Source: a virus. Taken from it: a DNA stretch of 64,000 bases. The notes under the pieces are model-generated. The model ran no database searches and was not told where the DNA came from. It saw only the letters and a program-made list of their open reading frames with translations. This document shows, in pieces, positions 19,067 to 28,410 of this stretch (positions within the stretch are counted from its first letter, which is position 1; every line of letters begins with the position of its first letter). The position numbers and the translations under genes were made by a program. Location of the stretch: positions 1 to 64,000 of IMG/VR virus record IMGVR_UViG_3300017917_001030; one strand, written 5' to 3'.

Positions 19067-20548
19067 ATGACAACAATAAAAATAATAAGTCATGATTCAA
19101 TCCATTTTAAGATTGACACTGACCCCGGAACAATGATGGAAATCTGCGACCATTTTAGCTTTGATGCGCCTGGTGCAAAGTTCCATCCTCTTTATAGATC
19201 CAGAATGTGGGATGGTAAGATTCGTCTTGTGTCTGCATTTACTAAAGAGTTGTATGTTGGGCTAAAAGGATATCTTGAGCATTTTGCTAAAGAACGTGAT
19301 TATATTATTGATACATCCGAATATACTAAAGTTGCAGATCCTGTAACCTTAGAGGATGTTACAGCGTTTATAGAATCTCTTAATGTTAGTTTGCCTGAAG
19401 ATGGTAAGGCCAGAGACTACCAAATAGATGCAGTTTATAAAGCTATTAGTGATGGTAGACGCCTGTTGTTATCGCCTACTGGTTCGGGTAAATCTTTAAT
19501 TATTTACTGCGTAATTAGATGGCATCTACAATTTAACAGACGTGTTCTTGTTCTAGTTCCCACCACATCGTTGGTTGAACAGATGTATTCTGATTTCCAA
19601 TCTTATTCACAAAAGAATAATTGGAAAACATCTGAGAATTGTCATCGTATTTACGGCGGACATGAAAAGTCTAACGACTACAATGTTGTTATTAGTACAT
19701 GGCAATCTTTATATAAATTGCCAAAGAGCTTTTTTGCTAATTTCCAAACTGTTGTAGGTGACGAAGCCCATAACTTCAAGGCAAAATCGTTAACCGGTAT
19801 TCTAAACAAAATGCCAACAGCACCGTATCGTATAGGTACTACTGGTACTCTTGACGGAACACAAACACATAAGTTAGTTCTTGAAGGTTTATTTGGGCCA
19901 GTATATAAGGTGACTACTACACGCAGCCTGATTGAAAATAAGGCATTGGCAGACCTTAAGATTTTCAATATAATATTAGAATACCCTGACGAAGTAAGAA
20001 AAGCTATGAAGGGCAAAACATATCCAGAAGAAATGGATTTCCTTTGTGGGTATGAAAATAGAAATAAGTTTATTCGTAATTTGGCTATTACACAAAAGGG
20101 CAATACACTTGTTCTTTTCCAATATGTCGAGAAGCATGGAAAAATTCTACATGACATGATTAAAGCAAAAACGGATAATCGAAAAATATTTTTTGTTTAC
20201 GGCGGTACAGATACAGAACAACGAGAGAACATTAGACGTATTACAGAAAAAGAATCTGATGCTATTATTGTTGCATCCTATGGAACATTTTCGACGGGGA
20301 TAAATATTAAAAACCTGCATAATATTATTTTTGCTTCTCCGTCAAAATCTAGAATTAGAAATCTTCAGTCTATCGGTAGAGGTTTAAGAACTAGTGCGAC
20401 AAAAGACAAGTGTAATTTATATGATATTGGCGATGATCTAACGTGGAAGAATAAAAAGAACTTTACGTTATTGCATATGGTTGAGAGAATTAAAATTTAT
20501 AATGACGAACAATTTGATTACAAGCTTGTAAAGGTACCACTTCAATGA
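19067..20548 (+). CDS. uvsW: DNA helicase UvsW
   Basis: WDGKIRL, RDYQ, SPTGSGKS, DEAH, TGT, FSTGINI, QSIGRGLR. Confidence 0.96.
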   Translation: MTTIKIISHDSIHFKIDTDPGTMMEICDHFSFDAPGAKFHPLYRSRMWDGKIRLVSAFTKELYVGLKGYLEHFAKERDYIIDTSEYTKVADPVTLEDVTAFIESLNVSLPEDGKARDYQIDAVYKAISDGRRLLLSPTGSGKSLIIYCVIRWHLQFNRRVLVLVPTTSLVEQMYSDFQSYSQKNNWKTSENCHRIYGGHEKSNDYNVVISTWQSLYKLPKSFFANFQTVVGDEAHNFKAKSLTGILNKMPTAPYRIGTTGTLDGTQTHKLVLEGLFGPVYKVTTTRSLIENKALADLKIFNIILEYPDEVRKAMKGKTYPEEMDFLCGYENRNKFIRNLAITQKGNTLVLFQYVEKHGKILHDMIKAKTDNRKIFFVYGGTDTEQRENIRRITEKESDAIIVASYGTFSTGINIKNLHNIIFASPSKSRIRNLQSIGRGLRTSATKDKCNLYDIGDDLTWKNKKNFTLLHMVERIKIYNDEQFDYKLVKVPLQ

Positions 20549-20991
20549 ACAATTTCAAAATTCTAAAATTGGTTAGTGGTGAAGATATTGTATGCACGAT
20601 TGAGAATTATTCTAAAAATATTAGACAGCGAGAATATATTGTTGTAAAAAATCCGGTTCTTTTAAATCAGGTTAGAATACCTAGAGGACCTGTTATTGTA
20701 GAGTCCTATATTCTTTCACCTTGGGTTGCACTATCACCTAATGAAGAATTTGAAATTCCTACTCAGCATATAATTATTGTGTCTGATGCTAAAGAAACAT
20801 TGCAGTCAAATTATAATACATTTATTGAATCGAGAAAACAAAATATAGAGTCCGGCGTCGATGATGATGATTCTGACTTTGATATAAATGAAACTATTGA
20901 TAATTTTTTAAAAAGAAATGAGAGTGAAGACGATGGCGAAGACGAAAGCGACAACTACAGTGGATTCGGAAGTGGAAGAACTATCCACTGA
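20545..20991 (+). CDS. Conserved T4-like hypothetical protein (Sm-like N-terminus, acidic tail)
   Basis: KILKLVSGEDIV motif; occupies the usual uvsW-gp55 slot. Confidence 0.6.
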   Translation: MNNFKILKLVSGEDIVCTIENYSKNIRQREYIVVKNPVLLNQVRIPRGPVIVESYILSPWVALSPNEEFEIPTQHIIIVSDAKETLQSNYNTFIESRKQNIESGVDDDDSDFDINETIDNFLKRNESEDDGEDESDNYSGFGSGRTIH

Positions 20992-21538
20992 AGTTTCTAT
21001 CCCTGCATCATCGCATTATGTAGATAATAAGAAATTTCTACAGGCATTGATTGATTATAGAGCAAGTGTTTTAGAAGCTGCTGCGGCCGGCAAAGAACAA
21101 CCTATTGTTCCTAAATATATAGGTGAATGTTTTATTAAAATTGCTACGCACCTTTCTTATAAATCAAACTTTATTAATTACAGTTTTAAAGACGATATGA
21201 TTTCGGATGGAATCGAAAATTGTCTTACAGCTGTAGCAAAATTTGATCCAAGCAAATCATCCAATCCATTCGCATATTACACTCAAATTATTTACTTTGC
21301 TTTTATTCGCAGGATCCAAAAAGAAAAGAAGCAACAGGCAACGAAATATAAACTGATTGAGAATATGGATATCGATGAAATCATTTCTCAAGATGAAACG
21401 GGTGAGGTCAGCACCCAATTCTTAGATTACCTCAGACGTCAAATGGATACCGTTGATATCGAGAAACGGGTAATCACGCCTCCTAAAAAGAACAAACCAA
21501 CCTTAGAAGACTCAAATAATCCACTTGATTTAGATTGA
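20918..21538 (+). CDS. gp55: Late-transcription sigma factor gp55 (true start may be 20933)
   Basis: HYVDNKKF, YIGECFIKIA.HLS, NFINY, DMISDGIENC, NPFAYYTQI.YFAFIRRIQKEKKQ. Confidence 0.95.
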   Translation: MRVKTMAKTKATTTVDSEVEELSTEVSIPASSHYVDNKKFLQALIDYRASVLEAAAAGKEQPIVPKYIGECFIKIATHLSYKSNFINYSFKDDMISDGIENCLTAVAKFDPSKSSNPFAYYTQIIYFAFIRRIQKEKKQQATKYKLIENMDIDEIISQDETGEVSTQFLDYLRRQMDTVDIEKRVITPPKKNKPTLEDSNNPLDLD

Positions 21539-21553
21539 GGAACACTATATAAT
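21525..21553 (+). promoter_or_regulatory. Sigma70-type (early/middle) promoter for the 7-deazaguanine island
   Basis: TTGATT-17 nt-TATAAT upstream of the queE RBS (GGAG at 21571). Confidence 0.65.
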
Positions 21554-21579
21554 ATGTGTATCAGTATGACGGAGTCTTT

Positions 21580-22449
21580 ATGGCAAAACTAAAAGTAAGC
21601 GAATTATTCTATAGTATTCAGGGCGAAGGCCGCTATATGGGCGTACCTTCAGTGTTTCTTCGTACCTTCGGATGTAACTTTACGTGCGATGGTTTCGGTA
21701 TGAATAAAGGTGAGAAGAGCAATGAAAGAAATGTTATTGCGATTAAAGCAGAAGAGTATTCTAATTACAGAGACCTTCCTCTTGTCCATACAGGTTGCGA
21801 TTCGTATGCTAGTTGGGATCCTCGTTTTAAGCATCTTAGCCCTGTTGTGGACACTGACAGCCTTGCCAATTCGATTGTGGATTTACTTCCGAACAAGGGG
21901 TGGCAAGACGAACATCTTGTAATTACGGGCGGCGAACCATTGCTTGGTTGGCAACGACAATTTCCCGAATTGCTTGAGCATGAGGTTATGAAACCTCTTA
22001 AAGAACTAACTTTTGAGACAAACGGTACTCAAGAGTTGACGGAAGAATTTACCAAGTATCTAGATGGTTGGACAGGTAGATTCTTATTGGGTGGAGGCAA
22101 ACGAGGAAAGAATAAACTTACATTCTCGGTTTCACCAAAGCTTTCTGTTTCCGGAGAGAAATGGGAAGATGCTATTAAGCCAGAAGTTATTTTGCAATAT
22201 TCCTGCGTTGGTTATGTTTATCTAAAATTTGTTGTAGCAACTCAACAAGATTTTGAAGAAGCAGAACAAGCAGTTAAAGAATATACTGCAGGCGGGTTTA
22301 ATGGGCCAGTATATTTGATGCCGTGTGGTGGCACGGAACAACTTTATAATATGAATAATCGAACCGTTGCAGAAATGGCAATGAAGAAGGGTTGGCGATA
22401 CTCAGATAGATTGCAAATTCCATTGTTCAAGAATGCATGGGGCACTTAA
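21580..22449 (+). CDS. queE: 7-carboxy-7-deazaguanine synthase QueE (radical SAM)
   Basis: SELFYSIQGEG, SVFLRTFGCNFTC...GCDS, VITGGEPLL, ETNGT, SVSPKL, RLQIPLF. ATG at 21580 has a GGAG RBS. Confidence 0.9.
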   Translation: MAKLKVSELFYSIQGEGRYMGVPSVFLRTFGCNFTCDGFGMNKGEKSNERNVIAIKAEEYSNYRDLPLVHTGCDSYASWDPRFKHLSPVVDTDSLANSIVDLLPNKGWQDEHLVITGGEPLLGWQRQFPELLEHEVMKPLKELTFETNGTQELTEEFTKYLDGWTGRFLLGGGKRGKNKLTFSVSPKLSVSGEKWEDAIKPEVILQYSCVGYVYLKFVVATQQDFEEAEQAVKEYTAGGFNGPVYLMPCGGTEQLYNMNNRTVAEMAMKKGWRYSDRLQIPLFKNAWGT

Positions 22450-22465
22450 CTAAAAGGAAAAATAT

Positions 22466-22657
22466 ATGAGCGCACACGACGATATTAAAAACATTCTTGC
22501 TTCTTATGAGGCAGAAAATACAAAATTTGAAGCAGGTAATAGCGCTGCTGGTACTCGAGCTAGAAAGGCATTGGCTGAATTGGCCAAGGCGGTCAAAGCA
22601 CGCCGCAATGAAATTACAGAAACCAAAGCTGCAAGAAAAGAAGCAAAGGGAGCTTGA
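22466..22657 (+). CDS. Histone H1-like (Hc1-type) small basic protein
   Basis: KFEAGNSAAGTRARKAL.EL.K..KARR motif resembles the Hc1 family. Confidence 0.65.
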   Translation: MSAHDDIKNILASYEAENTKFEAGNSAAGTRARKALAELAKAVKARRNEITETKAARKEAKGA

Positions 22658-22658
22658 T

Positions 22659-22850
22659 ATGAGCGCATTCAGCACTTTAACTAAAGTTAACGATAGTATC
22701 ACTATTAATCGTTATGACAATGGTTGGATGGTCGAGGTCTCGGGTCGAACTGAAGATGACGATTGGACAACTGTTAAGCTTGTATGCACTTCAGAAGAAG
22801 GCTTGCATGCTTTGATCCATGAATACAACAATATGGAAATTAATAAATAA
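22659..22850 (+). CDS. Small hypothetical protein (63 aa)
   Basis: ATG 2 nt after the upstream stop with a GGAG RBS; MSAFSTLTKVNDSITINRYDNGWMVEVSGR... Confidence 0.6.
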   Translation: MSAFSTLTKVNDSITINRYDNGWMVEVSGRTEDDDWTTVKLVCTSEEGLHALIHEYNNMEINK

Positions 22851-22854
22851 AAGT

Positions 22855-22927
22855 GTCACACAACGGTGACCAAACAAAACCAGTGCTACAGAAATGTAGC
22901 ACATTTCACATCCGTGTAAGGAAGGAT
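22855..22927 (+). promoter_or_regulatory. Structured 5' leader of folE (candidate cis-regulatory RNA)
   Basis: Hairpins GTCAC/GTGAC and GTGCTACA-GAAA-TGTAGCAC, plus ATCC/GGAT enclosing the SD region. Confidence 0.4.
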
Positions 22928-22931
22928 TAAA

Positions 22932-23624
22932 ATGTCATTTAACAAAACTAAGTGTGACCCTGAATTGGGTCGTAAGGTTCACGAACATCTAGTGGCAATG
23001 GGTGTAGAAACTCCCCTGACGCCAAACACATCTGCAATCGACCGCAAAGAGCGTATCAGTTTAATTGAAGGTCATTTTAAAGAAATCATGCAATTGCTTA
23101 ATCTTGATTTGACTGATGACAGTCTTATCGAGACACCTAAGCGTGTTGCTAAGATGTATGTTAATGAAATCTTCTGGGGACTCGACTATGACGCATTTCC
23201 GAAGTGTACGACAGTGGATAACAAAATGCACTATAATGAAATGGTTGTCGAAAGAAATGTCTCCGTACAGTCTAATTGTGAGCATCATTTTGTGGTCATT
23301 GATGGTTTCGCTACTGTGGCATATGTACCTAAGAATAAAGTATTGGGTCTAAGTAAAATTAATCGTATCGTTGAATATTTCAGTAAGCGTCCTCAGATTC
23401 AAGAGCGACTAACAGAACAGATCTTCCACACTTTGCAATTTATTCTAGGTACAGAGGATGTTGCAGTTATGATTGACGCACAACACTATTGTGTCAAGAG
23501 TCGAGGTGTCGAAGATGTTAATAGCTCTACAGTTACAGTAAGACTCGGCGGCGGATTTAAAACAGACCCTGCAGCACGTAATGAATTCTTGAGTATCGCT
23601 AGAATGGGCAAAGTATGTCAGTAA
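22932..23624 (+). CDS. folE: GTP cyclohydrolase I
   Basis: [39 protein letters not shown]. Confidence 0.96.
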   Translation: MSFNKTKCDPELGRKVHEHLVAMGVETPLTPNTSAIDRKERISLIEGHFKEIMQLLNLDLTDDSLIETPKRVAKMYVNEIFWGLDYDAFPKCTTVDNKMHYNEMVVERNVSVQSNCEHHFVVIDGFATVAYVPKNKVLGLSKINRIVEYFSKRPQIQERLTEQIFHTLQFILGTEDVAVMIDAQHYCVKSRGVEDVNSSTVTVRLGGGFKTDPAARNEFLSIARMGKVCQ

Positions 23625-24124
23625 ATGTAATGGTCGACCTTGAGACAATGTCCACAAGGTCTTATGCTGCCATTTGTTCAATTGGTGCAGTAAAATGGGA
23701 AGGTACTAAAATTATTGATACCTTTTATTGCACTGTTGATCTTAAATCTTGTAAAGATGCAGGTATGCATATTTCAAAAGATACTGTTAAATGGTGGTCA
23801 GAACAGAACAAAGAAGCTCTTCGCGAACTAACTAAAAACAATATCCCAATCAAAGAAGCATTGGATAAGTTTAGAGACTGGTTTGGAAGTAAGAGCCTTT
23901 GTGTCTGGGGCAACGGTGCAGTGTTTGACAATGTTATTCTAGCTAACGCATATTTTGTTCACGGAGAAGAACCTCCTTGGAAATGCTGGGATGATCGTTG
24001 CTACAGAACACTAAAGAATCTATTCCACTGGATTCCTGCTGACGAACGAGAAGGCGTTTACCACAACGCTTTAGACGACGCAATCTTTCAAACAAAACAC
24101 GCTATTAAAATACTAGGTGAATAA
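23615..24124 (+). CDS. DEDDh 3'-5' exonuclease (DexA/Rv2179c-like)
   Basis: [22 protein letters not shown]. Confidence 0.85.
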   Translation: MSVNVMVDLETMSTRSYAAICSIGAVKWEGTKIIDTFYCTVDLKSCKDAGMHISKDTVKWWSEQNKEALRELTKNNIPIKEALDKFRDWFGSKSLCVWGNGAVFDNVILANAYFVHGEEPPWKCWDDRCYRTLKNLFHWIPADEREGVYHNALDDAIFQTKHAIKILGE

Positions 24125-25488
24125 TGAACCTTTATAATAAAAGGATCGCTTTCTGTTTGAGCGATCAGCACACTATACCTCATGGTGGTCTTGGACAGTT
24201 TGCTAAAAGTTTTATTGAAACATTCACACCCCTTGGCTACAAGATTGATATTATTCTGGATAAGCCTGTCTCCAATTTAGAGTTCAAGGAATATCTAGAG
24301 TCAATCGGCGCACGCTTTGTCTGTAACGACAATCCTATTAGCTATTCTCGCCATTCTAAAATTTTTATGTTTGATGATTCTATTAATTACGAAAAGGTAA
24401 TTAACTTCAGAGAATCTATGATGAAGGCTCTAAGCGAAAACATCTACGATATCGTTATTTGTAACACGCTAGAATCTTTCCCTGCAGTTTATGCATTGTC
24501 CATTCAAAGGTCTGTACAAGTAATTTACTATACTCATAATGAGAGTATGGTGTTTCTGAACGATAGAACCTGGCGCAATGAATTTACAGAATCATTCAAC
24601 GAAACTTTTAATTCGTTAATGAGCGTGGCTGGCATTACAATCGCGACTCAGACTACACGAAATCTTATTGAGTTGTATGGTAAGAAGTTGCATAACGCCA
24701 AGCATCTTCCTATTCCTATGACCGAAAAGTCTTTGTTAGAACCGCATTACAAAAAGCGTGAAGGTGTGCTTTGGATCGGTCGTTGGGAACCTAGAAAAAA
24801 TCCCGAAGAGTTTATTCGTGTTATTAAAGAAACAGGATTGCCCGCAAAAGTTATTACCAATGCTAACGGTGCTAAGAAGTTTGAAGCAGCATTAAAAGAG
24901 ATTAATGCTACATACGAAATTAAGGCAGGGGTCTACGGAAAAGAGAAAGTGGATTTCCTAACATCCGCGCGGGTAGCATATAACCCTGCAATCAGAGAAA
25001 GTTTTGGTCTTGCATTTTATGAATGTATGGGGCATATGCCAACGGTTGCACTAAAAGGAATGTCCTGGTTAGAAAACTTTAATAGTAATTATTACTACAG
25101 CGCAGACCGTAAGGGTATATCTGACCTTGTAACTAAACTATATAATGAATTTGATACTGCTGAAAAATGGTACCAACTTATGACGGTTAATGGTCTCGTT
25201 GATGAAAATGAAAAGGGTATTCAGGCTTGGTTGGATTGTTTCAATAGTTTCGCACCTGCTGAATCCAATTCGGAAAAGGCAAAGATCAATGAATATGATA
25301 CAATCAAATATTCTGAATTCATTTCAATTCTAAATAGAAAAGAATTATCAATCGACGATGTTCGTTCTGTATTGACGAACAAGTATAAGTATAATATAAT
25401 CTATACTGATAGCAATACGTATCTATCTAAAGATCCTAATTTTAAACCACAAGAAGAAGCGCAAGGCTTAGAGGCATTATTTGCATGA
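24124..25488 (+). CDS. GT-B (GT4-like) glycosyltransferase in the DNA-modification island
   Basis: PHGGLGQF N-terminal motif, WIGRWEPRKNP, ESFGLAFYE (E-x7-E). Confidence 0.75.
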   Translation: MNLYNKRIAFCLSDQHTIPHGGLGQFAKSFIETFTPLGYKIDIILDKPVSNLEFKEYLESIGARFVCNDNPISYSRHSKIFMFDDSINYEKVINFRESMMKALSENIYDIVICNTLESFPAVYALSIQRSVQVIYYTHNESMVFLNDRTWRNEFTESFNETFNSLMSVAGITIATQTTRNLIELYGKKLHNAKHLPIPMTEKSLLEPHYKKREGVLWIGRWEPRKNPEEFIRVIKETGLPAKVITNANGAKKFEAALKEINATYEIKAGVYGKEKVDFLTSARVAYNPAIRESFGLAFYECMGHMPTVALKGMSWLENFNSNYYYSADRKGISDLVTKLYNEFDTAEKWYQLMTVNGLVDENEKGIQAWLDCFNSFAPAESNSEKAKINEYDTIKYSEFISILNRKELSIDDVRSVLTNKYKYNIIYTDSNTYLSKDPNFKPQEEAQGLEALFA

Positions 25489-26768
25489 AGACATTTGAAT
25501 ACGTTATTTCTGGACCAGCATATCTGCGTCTAGGTTCGGAGCAATGTAACGATCCCGAAACACTACAGATGATCTTGGATATGATGAATAACGTATGTCA
25601 TAACCAAAATAATCATACATTCTCTCTACTGTATAATGGTTTTACCGAAAAGAACTTTGGGCCAAAACTACAGAAGTTTAGACCAGCTATTAAGAACATT
25701 CATGCAGACTCAGGTGGTCTACAGATTGTTACTCGTGGTCTTAAGAATACACCTGAAGTTAGAGAAAAGGTTTATACTAATCAGGCAACGCATGCTGACA
25801 TTGGTATGGCTTTTGATGAAATTCCCGTAAAGGCAACTTCTACATCTGGTACATCTTCAAAGATTGATACCAAGCGTCGTTTTGCTGATATGGAAAATTT
25901 TGAGGAATATGCGAGGCAAACAGGTAAGAACGTTAGAGCGCAGATTGAAAAGTTTAACGAACTGAATAGTCAGTGCAGGCCTTTCGTTATTATGCATGGC
26001 TCGTCATTCGAGACATATCAGCTTTGGGCTAATACTATTCTTGAAGAAGTGGGTGATCTAAAGCATCGCATCGGCGGTGTTGCTATGGGATCTGCTGCTC
26101 TTGGTATGGGTCAGCTTGAGGATGTTAAGCGAGCATTTTATGTAACGGGTATGCCCTTTGAACGACCATTTCATCTTCACGTTCTAGGTGTTGGCGCACT
26201 TCGTCGTATGTTGCCTTATCTGTTGTTTAGCCAAACTGGTCTATATGACGGTATTGATATTTCGTATGACTCGACAACACATTCTATGTCATTGGACAAT
26301 GGACTATTTTATTTCTCACACTATAAAAAGTCTCCGGGCTCTATTTACGGCGGAACGTCTGTAAAGATGGGTAGAGAGTATTCTAATATTTACAGAACAG
26401 TGACTGAAGAAATTAATACAGTATGTGGAACAGACTATACGCCAGAGCAATATCATAAATTGATGAATACAGGTGTTGGCAAATACCTTGAAGAAGGTGG
26501 AACCTTTAAAGATATTATGCAAGCCCGACTAGGATTTATTCTTACAAACGTGCATAATTTTACAAAAGATGTTTCAGAACTTACAAAGTCGAAAGATCAA
26601 TTCTTAAAATTCTGCAGAGAAAAAGATTGCGAAAACGAATACGCTACATTGTTTGAAGTTAAGACACCCGATGACTTTAGACATTGGGAAACACACGTAG
26701 GCAAATATATGGATTCTGATCCAGTTAACACACAAGCACCAGTATCACTTGAGGACCTATTCACATGA
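25485..26768 (+). CDS. dpdA: TGT/DpdA-like guanine transglycosylase (probable DNA 7-deazaguanine insertion enzyme)
   Basis: TGT-fold motifs HADSGG, AFDEIP, GGVAMG, HLHVLGVG, SYDST; clustered with folE/queD/queE. Confidence 0.75.
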   Translation: MKTFEYVISGPAYLRLGSEQCNDPETLQMILDMMNNVCHNQNNHTFSLLYNGFTEKNFGPKLQKFRPAIKNIHADSGGLQIVTRGLKNTPEVREKVYTNQATHADIGMAFDEIPVKATSTSGTSSKIDTKRRFADMENFEEYARQTGKNVRAQIEKFNELNSQCRPFVIMHGSSFETYQLWANTILEEVGDLKHRIGGVAMGSAALGMGQLEDVKRAFYVTGMPFERPFHLHVLGVGALRRMLPYLLFSQTGLYDGIDISYDSTTHSMSLDNGLFYFSHYKKSPGSIYGGTSVKMGREYSNIYRTVTEEINTVCGTDYTPEQYHKLMNTGVGKYLEEGGTFKDIMQARLGFILTNVHNFTKDVSELTKSKDQFLKFCREKDCENEYATLFEVKTPDDFRHWETHVGKYMDSDPVNTQAPVSLEDLFT

Positions 26769-27211
26769 CAACCGGAACAACAAATACTCTTAAACTTGAT
26801 GAATTCAAACCACCAGCTGCATACTTGAAAAAGCGCAGCTTTATCTGGGTCACCTTCCAAAAAGAAGGCATTCACAAATATCCTGCTGCTGCAACTGATC
26901 CTAAACTAGCAACAGGTGATTGGCTCGATGTATCATTCTTAGGTACGCCTCATAGACATATCTTCCATTTTAAAGTTCAAATGGAAGTATTCCACAACGA
27001 TCGAGATGTAGAGTTTATCCAAGCTAAACGTATCATGGAGCGTTGGTACAGCGATGGCACGTTGCAGCTTGACTATAAGTCTTGTGAAATGATGGCAAAT
27101 GATTTGTATATGAAATGTATTTCTATGTGGCCTGATCGAGATTATGTTATTGAAGTTTCTGAAGATGGTGAGAATGGCTGCAAAATTTATTTTGAAAGGA
27201 TCGCTGTATAA
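26765..27211 (+). CDS. QueD/PTPS-like T-fold protein
   Basis: FQKEGIHKYP, HRHIFHFKV, DRDVEFI, SCEMMA, EVSEDGENG; located in the deazaguanine cluster. Confidence 0.6.
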   Translation: MTTGTTNTLKLDEFKPPAAYLKKRSFIWVTFQKEGIHKYPAAATDPKLATGDWLDVSFLGTPHRHIFHFKVQMEVFHNDRDVEFIQAKRIMERWYSDGTLQLDYKSCEMMANDLYMKCISMWPDRDYVIEVSEDGENGCKIYFERIAV

Positions 27212-28410
27212 TGGGTAAGTTATTTTATATGGGTCTAGAACCCTATGAAGGTCGTTATACTTTGCAGCTTCAGCAATGGAGTGAAGAAGTATTTAAGCGA
27301 CGTGGCATTGACTATGAAATCATTACTGGCGACACACTTGATTCGTCTAAAGCTATTGTAACAGGCCAAGTTCTTGATGCACATGGCCGAAGCTATTATT
27401 CTTTGACTCAGATGGCTAACCTTGTTAAGAAAATGAAACAAGGTGAGATTACATACGAGGATACTATTTTCTTTGAAGATATGTTTACGCCTGGTATTGA
27501 ATCATTGCCTTATATCATGGATCAACTAGGTTATGAACATCGACCAAGTGTTTTTATTCGTTGTCTTGCTCAGACCATCGACCCCGATGATTTTGTCCAC
27601 GTATGGGATATGCAAGACTGGATGGGACATTATGAAAAGATGTGTGATGTATGGGTAACAGGTGTACTTGCATCTAATGAAGAAATGGTCGCCCATATGA
27701 AGATCGCTGGCTGGAAGGCCCCGATCTATAATATTAGTGGACTTGCTTTCGGTAAGAATGAAGTTCGTTCTAGAGTTCCCGTAATTAAACCTTTCAACGA
27801 ACGTAAACAACGAGTCGTGTTTGCTGCAAGATTCGATCAGGAAAAGCAGCCAGACTTTTATATGGATATTGTTGAGCGTTATCAGAACTTTTTCCCCGAT
27901 GTGGAATTTGCTGTTCTATCTGGCGGCCCACTAAGAAGTAATGATCCTAAGTATCTAGAACGTGCTCGCGCATTAGAAAAGACACATAACTTTAAGATTT
28001 ACGAGAATCTTAAAAAAGATGAATACTATGAAATTCTAGCTGATTCGCGAGTATTGTTTAATTGTGCATTGCAGGATTGGGTAAGTAATACAGCATCGGA
28101 AGCAGATGCGCTAGGAACGAATTGTTTGTATCCTGCTTATAGATCTTTCCCTGAAACATTCGCGAATGATAATAAGTGTCTTTACATCCCATGGTCACAA
28201 GATGACGCAATTAATAAATTGATTTATCTAATGAACCATGAAAGACCCAATCTAGGCAAGCTGTCTGATTGGACAGATAAAACTATTGATCGCTGTCTCG
28301 ATATTATGGGTCTAGGTACAAGTGGCCCTGAAGAGAATATGAAACATCATCACAAATGGTATCGTGGATTGAAGGATTATAGAAACCATGCAGCAGAAAC
28401 AAAATACTAA
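27211..28410 (+). CDS. GT-B glycosyltransferase in the DNA-modification island
   Basis: VFAARFDQEKQP, LKKDEYYEILADSRVLFNCALQDWVSNTASEA...YPAYRSFPE. Confidence 0.75.
   Translation: MGKLFYMGLEPYEGRYTLQLQQWSEEVFKRRGIDYEIITGDTLDSSKAIVTGQVLDAHGRSYYSLTQMANLVKKMKQGEITYEDTIFFEDMFTPGIESLPYIMDQLGYEHRPSVFIRCLAQTIDPDDFVHVWDMQDWMGHYEKMCDVWVTGVLASNEEMVAHMKIAGWKAPIYNISGLAFGKNEVRSRVPVIKPFNERKQRVVFAARFDQEKQPDFYMDIVERYQNFFPDVEFAVLSGGPLRSNDPKYLERARALEKTHNFKIYENLKKDEYYEILADSRVLFNCALQDWVSNTASEADALGTNCLYPAYRSFPETFANDNKCLYIPWSQDDAINKLIYLMNHERPNLGKLSDWTDKTIDRCLDIMGLGTSGPEENMKHHHKWYRGLKDYRNHAAETKY

Noticed and set aside
22497-22658. Upstream extension of the 22497-22850 ORF
   Set aside because: It overlaps the Hc1-like gene in another frame. 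The ATG at 22659 with a GGAG RBS is the better start.
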